DNA from: an uncultured Alphaproteobacteria bacterium
Lineage (GTDB): Bacteria; Pseudomonadota; Alphaproteobacteria; Rs-D84
Assembly (NCBI GenBank): GCA_944392775.1
Contig: CALXXV010000006.1
Span: forward strand, 20,106 to 84,105
Direction of reading: 5' to 3'
Length of the DNA: 64,000 nucleotides
This document shows positions 37,034 to 47,210 of the stretch, piece by piece. A model generated the notes under the pieces. The model saw only the letters and a list, made by a program, of their open reading frames with translations. It was not told the origin of the DNA and did no database searches. Position 1 is the first letter of the stretch. Every line of letters begins with the position of its first letter. Both the position numbers and the translations under genes were made by a program.

Positions 37034-38458
37034 ATGAATATTCAATTTTCTGATTTAATAGAAAACAGTCCTAATGCTCCCGGCATATATAAAATGTATG
37101 ACGCCGAAGGTAACTTGTTATACGTAGGGAAAGCCAAAAATCTATCCAAACGCTTAAAACAATACTTAGACATATCAAAACTGGAACCTCACAAACAAGT
37201 TATGCGATCTTTAGTAAATCGTATAGAATGGGATATTACTCAAACAGAATCGGACGCGCTACTTTTAGAACAAAAACTTATAAAGACCCAGAAACCAAAA
37301 TATAATATTATGCTAACAGACGGTAAAATGTACCCGATGATAGCCCTAACAAAACACGAATTTCCACGTTTATTAAAATTTCGTGGTCGCATTTCTCAGC
37401 GCAAGGACGTATATGGTCCTTATCCATCGGTATCTGCACTAAACAAAACGATAAAAACAATACAAAAAGTATGCCAATTAAGAACGTGCACTGACACATT
37501 TATGAGAAACAGAACACGACCTTGTTTATTGCATCAAATAGGAAGATGTAGTGCACCATGCGTTCTACAACAAACCCATTATGATGAAAATGTACGACTT
37601 GCCAGAAAAATATTAACTGGGGATAGCGAACCCATAATAGCCGACCTTACGAAAGAAATGAAAAAATATTCTGACAAAATGGACTTTGAATCTGCAGCAA
37701 TATGTCGCGACAAAATAGCAGAATTAACACATACATCAAATCGCGGTATACGCCAGAATCATGCACATAGAGAGAATTTTAATTGGAATAAAAATGTTAC
37801 AGATTTAGAAAATTGGTTGGGCATTAAAATAAATTATGCCGGCGTATTTGATAATTCACATCTTTTCGGAAAAAGCCCCGTAGGCGCAATGATAACGTTC
37901 GGTCATGAAGGTTTTATAAAATCTGGTTATAGACATTTTAAGTTAAGAGATAATTCAAGGGCAGGAAATGATATTGCTATGATGGAGGAATTTATAAACC
38001 GGGCAATTTCACGAGAGCCTAAATTAGATCTTATAATCGTTGATGGTGGAATCGCACAATGGAATATAGCAAAAAAAACCGCCCCGAATATCCCTGTTCT
38101 TGGGGTAACCAAAGGCGAAGTTCGCAATGGTGACGAACACTTCATATTACCGAACGGTGAAACATCAAAAGACTTACCAAAAGACTCACAATTATTTCTT
38201 TTATTACGCGCAGTTCGTGATGAAGCACATAGGTTTGTAATAACATTTCATCGTACCATCCGTGCAAAGACTTTAACTTCATCTGTATTAGATGAAATAG
38301 ACGGTATTGGTCCAACCAGAAAAAAATCGCTTTTAACGCATTTTGGTTCTGTTCGTGCAATATCTGATGCCGACTTAAATGCTTTATTACGCGTTCCCGG
38401 TTTAGGCAAATCCGCAGCAAAAAAAATATATGCCTACTTCCATTCAGAAGTGATATAA
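37034..38458 (+). CDS. uvrC: Excinuclease ABC subunit C (compact)
   Basis: PGIY.M...LYVGKAKNL, CL..QIGRCSAPC, FDNSH, VDGG..Q, RDEAHRF and HhH motifs. Confidence 0.95.
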   Translation: MNIQFSDLIENSPNAPGIYKMYDAEGNLLYVGKAKNLSKRLKQYLDISKLEPHKQVMRSLVNRIEWDITQTESDALLLEQKLIKTQKPKYNIMLTDGKMYPMIALTKHEFPRLLKFRGRISQRKDVYGPYPSVSALNKTIKTIQKVCQLRTCTDTFMRNRTRPCLLHQIGRCSAPCVLQQTHYDENVRLARKILTGDSEPIIADLTKEMKKYSDKMDFESAAICRDKIAELTHTSNRGIRQNHAHRENFNWNKNVTDLENWLGIKINYAGVFDNSHLFGKSPVGAMITFGHEGFIKSGYRHFKLRDNSRAGNDIAMMEEFINRAISREPKLDLIIVDGGIAQWNIAKKTAPNIPVLGVTKGEVRNGDEHFILPNGETSKDLPKDSQLFLLLRAVRDEAHRFVITFHRTIRAKTLTSSVLDEIDGIGPTRKKSLLTHFGSVRAISDADLNALLRVPGLGKSAAKKIYAYFHSEVI

Positions 38459-38489
38459 TTATTTTATATACTTAATAAAGGAGAAAAAT

Positions 38490-39089
38490 ATGAAATTCTT
38501 TGTAAACTTTTTGTCGGCATTTCGTATTGCAGCCGCATTTGCAATAATACCCACAATGATGTTTGGGCTATATTGGACAACTTTTGTTTTATATGTACTG
38601 GCAGCAATATCGGATTGGTTTGACGGTTTCCTTGCCAGAAAATATAAAGTATGTTCTAAAATAGGTGGTGTAATGGATCACATAGGCGACAAACTTTTAG
38701 TAGTAAATACATTCATAATGTTGATTGTAATGATGCCTGTTTGGTTTATTGTTGTTCCTGTAATAATAATGATCGCAAGAGAATTATATATAAGCGGATT
38801 ACGTGAATTTTTGGGCACACAAAAAATAGAAATGCCTGTTCCCAAGGCTCGCTTTTCTATGGGAAAAATCAAAACAACCTTACAAATGATAACGATCGGT
38901 GCCTTTTTATTATTATTTGCCATAGGAGCAATTATTACCCCAGAAACCAACAGCAAAACAGTAATGTTTTTAATTTACATTTTGCCACAAATCGGTATAT
39001 GGGGAACTTGGCTATCTCTTATCGCATCACTATGGTCTGCGACACAATATACAAATACTTTTATAAAAAAACTAAAAGAAATACGATAA
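38490..39089 (+). CDS. pgsA: CDP-diacylglycerol-glycerol-3-phosphate phosphatidyltransferase
   Basis: D.FDG.LAR...G..D..DKLL, RE..ISGLRE and GK.KT..QM; follows uvrC. Confidence 0.92.
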   Translation: MKFFVNFLSAFRIAAAFAIIPTMMFGLYWTTFVLYVLAAISDWFDGFLARKYKVCSKIGGVMDHIGDKLLVVNTFIMLIVMMPVWFIVVPVIIMIARELYISGLREFLGTQKIEMPVPKARFSMGKIKTTLQMITIGAFLLLFAIGAIITPETNSKTVMFLIYILPQIGIWGTWLSLIASLWSATQYTNTFIKKLKEIR

Positions 39090-39116
39090 AAAAGCCGGTG
39101 TTTACCGGCTCTTTTT
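39088..39116. terminator. Bidirectional terminator
   Basis: AAAAAAGCCGGT-GTTT-ACCGGCTCTTTTT. Confidence 0.75.
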
Positions 39117-39124
39117 ATAAGCTA

Positions 39125-40258
39125 TTAAAACCAACCCCTTTTTTCTGACTTTATACTAGCAAATTCATTTAGCAACTTCTTTTGCTTTTCCGTAAGCTTT
39201 GTTGGAACCTTCATATTTATATCTATATACAAATCGCCGAAATTACCTGCGCGACGTCCCGGCATACCATGCCCACGGACACGTAATTTTTCACCAATCT
39301 GTGTACCGGCAGGAACTTTAACAGATAATTTTTTATCGTCTATTGTAGATATTTCTATTTCACCGCCCAATGCAAGAGTAGTGAAAGGAACATCTAACTT
39401 CAAAATTAAATCTGTTCCTTGTCTTTCGAATACTTTATCCGGACGAATGCGTACGTCTAAATAAAAATCTCCAGCGGGGGCACCATTTTGTCCTGCCTCT
39501 CCCTGACCGGCCAAACGCAATCTTGTTCCATCTTCAACACCGGCAGGAATATTTACTTCTAATGTACGTGTTTTATGGATCGTTCCCGTTCCATCACACT
39601 GAGAGCATTTCTTTTCTATCTTATGTCCTAAACCATTACAATCTGGGCAAGGCGTTTCTACAGCAAAGAACCCCCGACTTGTATGAACATACCCTGTTCC
39701 ACCACATCTTGAGCAAATGGGTGCTTCTTTACCATCTGCGGTACCAAGTCCATTACACTTATCACATTTCACTTCGCTAGAAAACTTAACTGTATGTTTT
39801 TTACCGAAATAAGCATCTTTTAAGTCAATTACTACTTCATCTAACAAATCGCGCCCACTTCTGCGATTTTCTCCGCGCGAAGATCCGCTACCGAAACCGT
39901 CAAAACCGAATCCACGCATAGCCTCTCGGAGAATATCTTCCATACCAGCTCCGCCACCCATGTTAAAATGGAAAGCACCATTACCGAACGGATTTCCCCC
40001 TGCGCCAAAAGGGTTTGCTCCAGACGCATTTCCACCAGCAAATGCAGCATCTCCAAACCTATCATATGCGGCCCGCTTTTGCGGATCTTTTAAAATATCA
40101 AAAGCATTATTAACTTCTTTAAATTTTTCTTCTGCGTTTTTATCGCCTGGATTTTTATCAGGATGATACTTCAAAACTAATTTATGATACGCCTTTTTTA
40201 TATCCGCCTCGGATGCATCACGAGCAACGCCCAAAACTTCATAAGGATTTTTATTCAT
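39125..40258 (-). CDS. dnaJ: Chaperone DnaJ
   Basis: HPD J-domain, G/F-rich linker and four CxxCxGxG repeats. Confidence 0.97.
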   Translation of the reverse strand: MNKNPYEVLGVARDASEADIKKAYHKLVLKYHPDKNPGDKNAEEKFKEVNNAFDILKDPQKRAAYDRFGDAAFAGGNASGANPFGAGGNPFGNGAFHFNMGGGAGMEDILREAMRGFGFDGFGSGSSRGENRRSGRDLLDEVVIDLKDAYFGKKHTVKFSSEVKCDKCNGLGTADGKEAPICSRCGGTGYVHTSRGFFAVETPCPDCNGLGHKIEKKCSQCDGTGTIHKTRTLEVNIPAGVEDGTRLRLAGQGEAGQNGAPAGDFYLDVRIRPDKVFERQGTDLILKLDVPFTTLALGGEIEISTIDDKKLSVKVPAGTQIGEKLRVRGHGMPGRRAGNFGDLYIDINMKVPTKLTEKQKKLLNEFASIKSEKRGWF

Positions 40259-40410
40259 ATTTTTAAGCCTGTAAGTTATTTCTCAAAATATATAAGCTCT
40301 TTATTAAAAAAATCAAGGGTATAAAAACATAAAAATGCGAAAACGTAAAAACAAGACAAGAATTCTTTCTCTTGCACAAAATCAAATAATGTTATAATAA
40401 TAAATGTATT

Positions 40411-42390
40411 ATGACAGAAAAAAACACACATTCTTATGATGCATCTGATATTCAAGTACTAGAAGGTCTAGAACCTGTTCGTTTACGTCCTGGTATGTAC
40501 ATTGGTGGGACAGACGAAAAAGCATGGCATCATCTTCCAGTTGAAATAATGGATAATTCAATTGACGAAGCAGTTGCAGGCTTTGCAAAGAAAATTATTG
40601 TTACCTTAATTGATGCTAAAACTATCGAAATTACAGATGACGGTCGTGGTATTCCTGTAGACGAACATCCTAAATATCCGGGTAAATCTGCTCTGGAAGT
40701 TATTTTAACGACCTTACATTCTGGTGGTAAATTTAATAACAATGTATATAAAACAAGTGGTGGCTTACATGGTGTCGGAAGTTCTGTTGTGAACGCATTG
40801 ACATCAGAAATGATAGTTACAATATCACGTGACGGTTATGAATGGAAACAGACTTTTTCACGTGGCAAACCAACCAGTAAAATGATTCGCGGTGAACCGA
40901 CAAAAAACCACGGAACAAAAATCAGATTTACCATTGATGATGAAATTTTTGGCGAAAGCGCGGTATTCAAACCCATAAAAATTTATAGAATGGCACGTGC
41001 CAAGTCATTTTTGTCGAAAGGTGTCCGTATTGAATGGCACTGTAACCCAAGTCTTCTAACAGAAGATATGAACATACCTGCAGACACGACATTTTATTAT
41101 CCGAATGGGGTTGCAGACTTTTTAGAAGAAAAAACCAAGGACAAGCCGCGTATTCTTCCTAAAATATTTAGTGGTTGCGTTGATTTTCCTGATGATGTAG
41201 GACGCATAGAATGGGCATTAACATTTTTAACAGATGAAAATGGCGCTGCATCTGACGATGGGTTCTTTTCATCTTATTGTAACACAATTGCAACAATAGA
41301 CGGTGGGACACATGAAACAGGTTTTAAATCAGCCATAACCAAAGGAATAAAAGCATACGGAGAAAAAGTAAACAATAAAGCAGCAACATCTATAATCGGG
41401 GACGACGTATTTGACTCTGTTGCAGCGATAGTATCTATATTTTACAAAACGCCACAATTTTTAGGTCAAACCAAAGAAAAGTTATCTAATCCGGAAATTG
41501 CAAGATATACAGAAAATGCCCTACGTGATCCATGGGATATATTTTTAGCTTCAGATCCCAAAACGGCAAACGCTTTACTTGATTTTGTTATAAATCTTGC
41601 AAACGCCAGAATTAAAACCAAGCAAGTAAAAGATATTGCAAGGAAAACCCCGACTAAACGTATAAGAATGCCTGCTAAACTTGCCGATTGTTCTAAACAC
41701 GGTGTCGAAGGTACGGAATTATTTATTGTAGAAGGTGAATCTGCTGGTGGCACTGCGAAACAAGCACGTGACCGTGCAACCCAAGCAATTATGCCACTAC
41801 GTGGTAAAGTATTAAACGTAATATCAAATTCAGATGAACGATTTGGCGCTAATAAAGAATTAAATGAATTGATTGATATAATTGGTGCAGGAACAGCAAA
41901 AGATTGGGATGAAAGTAAATTAAGATATGAAAAAATAATTGTAATGACAGATGCTGATGTTGACGGCAGTCATATTGCATCGTTACTAATGGCATTTTTC
42001 TATCAGCACATGCCACAATTAATTTATGGCGGTCATTTATATTTGTCTTGTCCACCATTATATAAATTGACATGTGGTACAGAATCTATTTATGTTGATA
42101 CAGATGAAGAACTAGAAGAACTAAAAAATAATAAATATAAAAATAAAAAAATAGAAATATCACGTTTCAAAGGACTTGGTGAAATGATGCCGAATCAGTT
42201 AAAAGAAACGACAATGTCACCCAAGACACGTCGTTTGATTCGTGTTGATCTGCCACCACGAACGGACGAAGGTGCAGAAGATACTGAAAAGACTCGTACA
42301 ATTGTATCTGAATTGATGGGCAAGAAACCAGAATTCAGATTTAAGTTCATAACAGAACACGCCCAGTTTGTGAAAGATTTATTTGTATAA
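40411..42390 (+). CDS. parE: DNA topoisomerase IV subunit B
   Basis: GGLHGVG, VEGESA, PLRGK, DADVDG and KGLGEMMP.QLKETTM; 659 aa with no gyrase-B insert. Confidence 0.88.
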   Translation: MTEKNTHSYDASDIQVLEGLEPVRLRPGMYIGGTDEKAWHHLPVEIMDNSIDEAVAGFAKKIIVTLIDAKTIEITDDGRGIPVDEHPKYPGKSALEVILTTLHSGGKFNNNVYKTSGGLHGVGSSVVNALTSEMIVTISRDGYEWKQTFSRGKPTSKMIRGEPTKNHGTKIRFTIDDEIFGESAVFKPIKIYRMARAKSFLSKGVRIEWHCNPSLLTEDMNIPADTTFYYPNGVADFLEEKTKDKPRILPKIFSGCVDFPDDVGRIEWALTFLTDENGAASDDGFFSSYCNTIATIDGGTHETGFKSAITKGIKAYGEKVNNKAATSIIGDDVFDSVAAIVSIFYKTPQFLGQTKEKLSNPEIARYTENALRDPWDIFLASDPKTANALLDFVINLANARIKTKQVKDIARKTPTKRIRMPAKLADCSKHGVEGTELFIVEGESAGGTAKQARDRATQAIMPLRGKVLNVISNSDERFGANKELNELIDIIGAGTAKDWDESKLRYEKIIVMTDADVDGSHIASLLMAFFYQHMPQLIYGGHLYLSCPPLYKLTCGTESIYVDTDEELEELKNNKYKNKKIEISRFKGLGEMMPNQLKETTMSPKTRRLIRVDLPPRTDEGAEDTEKTRTIVSELMGKKPEFRFKFITEHAQFVKDLFV

Positions 42391-42540
42391 TAAAAATTTT
42401 TTTAAACATAATTCGCAAAATTTCTATTACACAAACATATAATAGAATTTATTCCGTCTGTACAAAACAATAAAAACATGGCAAAATCCTTACCCCAAAA
42501 TTTGATATATTTGATATAAATTAATAGAGGAAAGAAAAAT

Positions 42541-42972
42541 ATGAAACCAACAAAAAAAAGAAAAAACACATACGTAATTCAACAAAATGTTTTTGGAGGA
42601 TATTCTGTATTTGAATTATGCCAAAGCACCCCACTTGCAGTTGTAGAAATAAATGGCAAAAGCCTAGAGCAAAAGACAGGATGGTTAAACAGCCTAGATT
42701 TTCCAAATCCTGGGGCTATTGATATGATAAAATCATTTAAGGTTCTGGAACCGGTAATGGGAAAGAAATTAGCCAGCACAATAGTTGAATATTTGGACAA
42801 AGAAACAGGTGAACCAGTAGCAATGTTGTTTCCTACAAATGATATTATGTATCGCGAAGATTTACCGGATTTTTTAAATCGTTTAAACCACATGTCAAGG
42901 AAAGACTTACATTATCAGATGATGAAACGGGCAAGATATTTAAACCTTTTACAAAAAAATAAACAAAAATAA
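42541..42972 (+). CDS. Hypothetical protein
   Basis: 143-aa ORF with a GAGGA RBS and downstream terminator. Confidence 0.65.
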   Translation: MKPTKKRKNTYVIQQNVFGGYSVFELCQSTPLAVVEINGKSLEQKTGWLNSLDFPNPGAIDMIKSFKVLEPVMGKKLASTIVEYLDKETGEPVAMLFPTNDIMYREDLPDFLNRLNHMSRKDLHYQMMKRARYLNLLQKNKQK

Positions 42973-42998
42973 AAAATACCGGTAAAACCGGTATTTTT
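42972..42998. terminator. Bidirectional terminator
   Basis: AAAAATACCGG-TAAAA-CCGGTATTTTT. Confidence 0.8.
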
Positions 42999-43014
42999 GT
43001 TTTCCTCATCTAGT

Positions 43015-44379
43015 TTAATGGATACCGACTTGGAACTGGTCACCCCACCCTGCTACGACTTGACCGCCGACAGTGCATTGGATATCTTCAAAGCCATTTT
43101 CTACCTGATTCTTTTTTACTACGCTACTAGTTATCAAACCACCGGCAGTACCTAAAACAACCCCTGCTACAGAATCAGAAATCAAACGAGCTGTATTAAA
43201 CTTTCCTTCTTCCGTTTTCCAATTACTTTTTTCAAAGCCAGAAGAAATTTTATCTAATTCTGCAACAGCAGAACTTATTTTTGTTTTAGATTCATTGTTT
43301 GCAATTCTTTCTGCATCTAATTTTTGTATTTCATTAATAATATTTTGCAGTTCTTCAAACATTGCATTAAAAGTAGTACCATTTTTTTGATCACCTTCAC
43401 AATAATCCAGTATACTAATTATCAAAGCAACGATTTTTTCATTTGAAGCATAAGTATTTTGCCATACTTTAACCTTAGCAATTTTTGTTGCATCACACTC
43501 GTATTGATCTTGCGTTACATTTACAACATCCTCACATTGTGAAGTAGCAGGATTAAATTTTTGGTCAGGATTTTGCTGACATTTACATACCCCATTTTCC
43601 CATTTTGCAAGAGATGCAGGGACATAACAGCAAGCCTCACATTCAGATTTCTGACTGCCAGTCAACCCACCGCATCTTTGTTGTACACAAGATAACTTTG
43701 GTTGTTCTGCAATAATTTCTTCTTTATTTTCTATTTGTTTACTTTCTTCGTTAACTACTTCTACACAGGTTTTGCCGTTCCATTCACGTTCTTTACCATC
43801 AGAAGACTTTACACAACTACATTTATCTTGGAACCATACCGTTCCTTCTCCTTTTAAACAAGCTAATTTTTCTGGATTTATATAACAGAACCATCTATTT
43901 CTACCATTATTTTCAGACCTTTGATATACAGGCTTATTAAAAGTGTCATTCATATCAACAGCTAAATTTTCCAATGCGGGAGTTCGTTTCAAATCTTCAT
44001 AAAAATTATCTTCACATTCTATGAAAGAAAAAGCTTCCCATTTATCACCAAAGTATGCCGTACACCAATAAAGCGTCTCTGGTTTATTTTGCTGTTCATC
44101 CCATGCATGACCACTAGGTGCAAGTATAGCCGTATTGTGCTTACACCCTTGTTCTTCGTCACATTCCCACATCAAATTATCTAACGGGAAACTTCTTTCT
44201 CCATTATTTTCTCTTTCAACAGCATTTAAATAATCAGATGTACTCTGATATACGAATTCGTCATCTCCTGGGGCCTGAATACCTTGAAAAGAAATCTGCC
44301 TTTCTCCACACATCGCCAAACAAAAATCTGGAATCATACCTAACATAAAAAAGATAGGAAACAATAAAAACTTTTTCAT
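43015..44379 (-). CDS. Secreted Cys-rich protein with C-terminal glycine-zipper-like segment
   Basis: Signal peptide, many Cys, coiled coil and SVAGVVLGTAGGLIT. Confidence 0.7.
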   Translation of the reverse strand: MKKFLLFPIFFMLGMIPDFCLAMCGERQISFQGIQAPGDDEFVYQSTSDYLNAVERENNGERSFPLDNLMWECDEEQGCKHNTAILAPSGHAWDEQQNKPETLYWCTAYFGDKWEAFSFIECEDNFYEDLKRTPALENLAVDMNDTFNKPVYQRSENNGRNRWFCYINPEKLACLKGEGTVWFQDKCSCVKSSDGKEREWNGKTCVEVVNEESKQIENKEEIIAEQPKLSCVQQRCGGLTGSQKSECEACCYVPASLAKWENGVCKCQQNPDQKFNPATSQCEDVVNVTQDQYECDATKIAKVKVWQNTYASNEKIVALIISILDYCEGDQKNGTTFNAMFEELQNIINEIQKLDAERIANNESKTKISSAVAELDKISSGFEKSNWKTEEGKFNTARLISDSVAGVVLGTAGGLITSSVVKKNQVENGFEDIQCTVGGQVVAGWGDQFQVGIH

Positions 44380-44493
44380 TTCTCCCCCATTTGGCTGATG
44401 TCAGTCTTTTAATTAAGCAAAATTGCCTACACCATTTTTCTTTATTTTATCATATTTCGCGGGGACTGCCAATAACTAAATATTTAAATCAGC

Positions 44494-45777
44494 TTATCTG
44501 CATTCTTCTATCATTTGATTTATCTGTGCAGCCAAGACCAAATCTGTTTGTTTCATTTTTTCAACTTGTGATATCGCATACAAAACTGTTGCATGATCAC
44601 GATCACCACACACGCGACCAATTTCTGTCAAAGACATATTTGTTGCAACTTTTAATACAGCCATCATCATCTGACGTGCTAATACAACACCACGGCTACG
44701 CCCCTTACCGCATACTGCATCATATGCTACACCCAACTTTTCACACATAGATTTTACCATTGCAATTGGCGTTTTAGCTTTCTGCAAAGTATCAGCCAAT
44801 AAACGTTGTGCAATTTCTAATGTTACTTTTTCGCCCATCAATTCAGAATAAGCTTTTATTTTTGTTGCGACACCAGACAACAAATGACCATCTCCTGCAA
44901 TGCGCATAGATAAAGACAATGCAACATCTTCTGCAACACCTGCACGTGTTAACATTACGCGTTTTACATTTGCGGTTGGCGCAACAACATCTGCAACCAA
45001 ACCAGAAGCGAATAAAGACTGCATACGACGATCAAATCCGGATAAATTACTTGGTGCCACATTCGCCGTTAAAACAACATTTTTTCCTGCCGCACGCAAA
45101 TCTACAATCAATTGCATAAATTCTTCACATGTTGCACGTTTACCAGCCAAAGTTTGAACATCATCTAAAATAAATGTATCACAATTACGGCAGAAGTCTT
45201 TAAAAGCAAAAATTGATTTATCGTGCAAACTACGTGTAAATTCTGCAACGAACTGCCCACCAGACATTTTAATTGTGCGGCCATTTGCACTTGCTTCAAT
45301 GCAATCTGCCAGCAAAGATTTCCCGCATCCTGCTGGTCCATAAATAAACAGCGGAGAAAAAGAAACCTGACCCGCTGCTATTTTTTTACATGCAGATAAT
45401 ACAAACGCATTTTCTTCACAAGATATAAAAGCATCAAAAACATTTTTATCTGCTTCTACAACAGTTTGCGCAACTGGTGCATATACCTGAACATTATTAT
45501 CATTTGCAACTGGTCCAGAACAAATATTTGCACCACGAACAGATATTTTTAAATTCAATCCGAAATCAGCTGCAACAGCCGATAAAACATTTTTGTGAAC
45601 ACTACCGATAAAATCAGCAGAGAACTGATTTTGTGCAACCAAAACTAAAGTATCACCACAAATATCAAATTGTAAAGGAGCAATCCAAGAAGAATAATTT
45701 GCGACATCCATTTTTGCGGCTATGGCCCCCTTGATTTGTTCCAAGTCAGTCATCATTTTTTTCGCCGCTACCTGCAT
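44494..45777 (-). CDS. dnaA: DnaA-family replication initiator (divergent)
   Basis: Domain I (Y.SWI..L), PLFIYGPAGCGKS, DDVQ and domain IV SLTEIG...RDHATVLYA. Strong RBS before ATG 45777. Confidence 0.85.
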   Translation of the reverse strand: MQVAAKKMMTDLEQIKGAIAAKMDVANYSSWIAPLQFDICGDTLVLVAQNQFSADFIGSVHKNVLSAVAADFGLNLKISVRGANICSGPVANDNNVQVYAPVAQTVVEADKNVFDAFISCEENAFVLSACKKIAAGQVSFSPLFIYGPAGCGKSLLADCIEASANGRTIKMSGGQFVAEFTRSLHDKSIFAFKDFCRNCDTFILDDVQTLAGKRATCEEFMQLIVDLRAAGKNVVLTANVAPSNLSGFDRRMQSLFASGLVADVVAPTANVKRVMLTRAGVAEDVALSLSMRIAGDGHLLSGVATKIKAYSELMGEKVTLEIAQRLLADTLQKAKTPIAMVKSMCEKLGVAYDAVCGKGRSRGVVLARQMMMAVLKVATNMSLTEIGRVCGDRDHATVLYAISQVEKMKQTDLVLAAQINQMIEECR

Positions 45778-46098
45778 GTCGTTTCTCCTTTCCTTCCTTA
45801 AAAGAGTTTCCTGCCCGCGCAAGAGTATAAAAAACACCTGCACATAAATGCTAAACATTATTTTATCTTAAACAGATTTAATAATGATTCAGTTTTTATG
45901 TTTACCTACTTTAATACTCTCTCGCTTTGGTGATTGAGTGTTTCCTCAATCGTTTTGGATACGTCTGTAAAGTTATAAGATAAATTAAACTTTGCAACTA
46001 ATTGTTAAACGATTTTTTAAGATTTATTTTTTGACAACGATTCGTTTTTTTACTAGTTTTCTGCGCATTGTATATACACTGTATATACATATATTTTT

Positions 46099-47121
46099 TC
46101 ATATTCTGATGTAACCTGCGTCAACTTTTTTTATTAAACCTTGTAATTCTAAGATCACTAAATCAGATTTAATTTCCGAAATATTTTTTTTGACAATGTC
46201 TGCCAATACAGATTCGGAAACTGGAATAGTTCCTATTGCATCTAACAAAGAATTTTCTTTTAAATTTTTTTCTAATTTTTTTTCTTCGTTTTTATATTTT
46301 TCTTTTTTCATAAAAAAGTCTTCTATACCCGAGCATAATTTTGCAGCACCAGACTTTATCAAGAAATTCGGCCCGGCAGCTCTTGGATCAGAAGGATGCG
46401 AAGGAATCGCATAAATTTCTTTACCATACTCAATAGCGAATCGCGCAGTTGTCATGCTACCAGATTTCAGATCAGCTTCGCCAAGTATTAATTTGTCACA
46501 AATTCCCGCAACCCATTTATTACGCTGAACAAAATTTGTTGCGACGGGGACAAAACCAACAGGCATTTCACTGATTACAGCCCCTCTTTCAACTATTTCC
46601 CAATATAACGATTCGTTTTCTAGTGGCCATATATAATCAACCCCACCAGCAACAATCGCAATGGTTTGCGAATTTCCAGAAGAATGTAAAGCACCATAAT
46701 GAGCCGCCGAATCGGTACCTATAGCCATACCGGAAGCAACGGCATATCCATTTTGTGCAAAAGCTGCCGCTAAATTTTTAGAAAAATTTATTCCTGCAAC
46801 AGTTGCATGACGCGTACCAACAATACTTACAATCGATTTTCTTAAAGTATTTATATTTCCACGCACAGATATAACAGGCGGATGATTTTTTACTTCTTTC
46901 AAAGAACAAGGATAATCATCCTCGTCATCACATACATAATATATGTTATGTTTTTTAGCCGCCTCAAGCTCACGCAAAACCGATTCCTTAACAACATCAT
47001 TATTTATCAAAGATTGTGCCGCAGCTTCTAAGCCACCGAATCGTTTTATTAAATCATTATACTTAGCCGGTCCAATTCCGGGGGTACGAAGAATTAATAA
47101 TCTATTGAATAAGTCCGACAT
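46099..47121 (-). CDS. dprA: DNA-processing protein DprA
   Basis: IVGTR, SGMAIG.D..AH, F..RN, SGS..TA and G.N.LIK.GA. Confidence 0.95.
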   Translation of the reverse strand: MSDLFNRLLILRTPGIGPAKYNDLIKRFGGLEAAAQSLINNDVVKESVLRELEAAKKHNIYYVCDDEDDYPCSLKEVKNHPPVISVRGNINTLRKSIVSIVGTRHATVAGINFSKNLAAAFAQNGYAVASGMAIGTDSAAHYGALHSSGNSQTIAIVAGGVDYIWPLENESLYWEIVERGAVISEMPVGFVPVATNFVQRNKWVAGICDKLILGEADLKSGSMTTARFAIEYGKEIYAIPSHPSDPRAAGPNFLIKSGAAKLCSGIEDFFMKKEKYKNEEKKLEKNLKENSLLDAIGTIPVSESVLADIVKKNISEIKSDLVILELQGLIKKVDAGYIRI

Positions 47122-47210
47122 ATCATTACTATAAAAATATAAAGATAATAATAAAAGTAATATTTATATAATAAATTTACTAAATAATTAAAGTCCTTTT
47201 ACATAGGACT

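Noticed and set aside
42418-42520. AT-only inverted and direct repeats downstream of parE
   Set aside because: Imperfect and almost entirely A/T; cannot be distinguished from chance at this base composition.
46005-46020. CtrA box upstream of dnaA
   Set aside because: The spacing is TTAA-N8-TTAA rather than N7, and such matches are expected by chance in AT-rich DNA.
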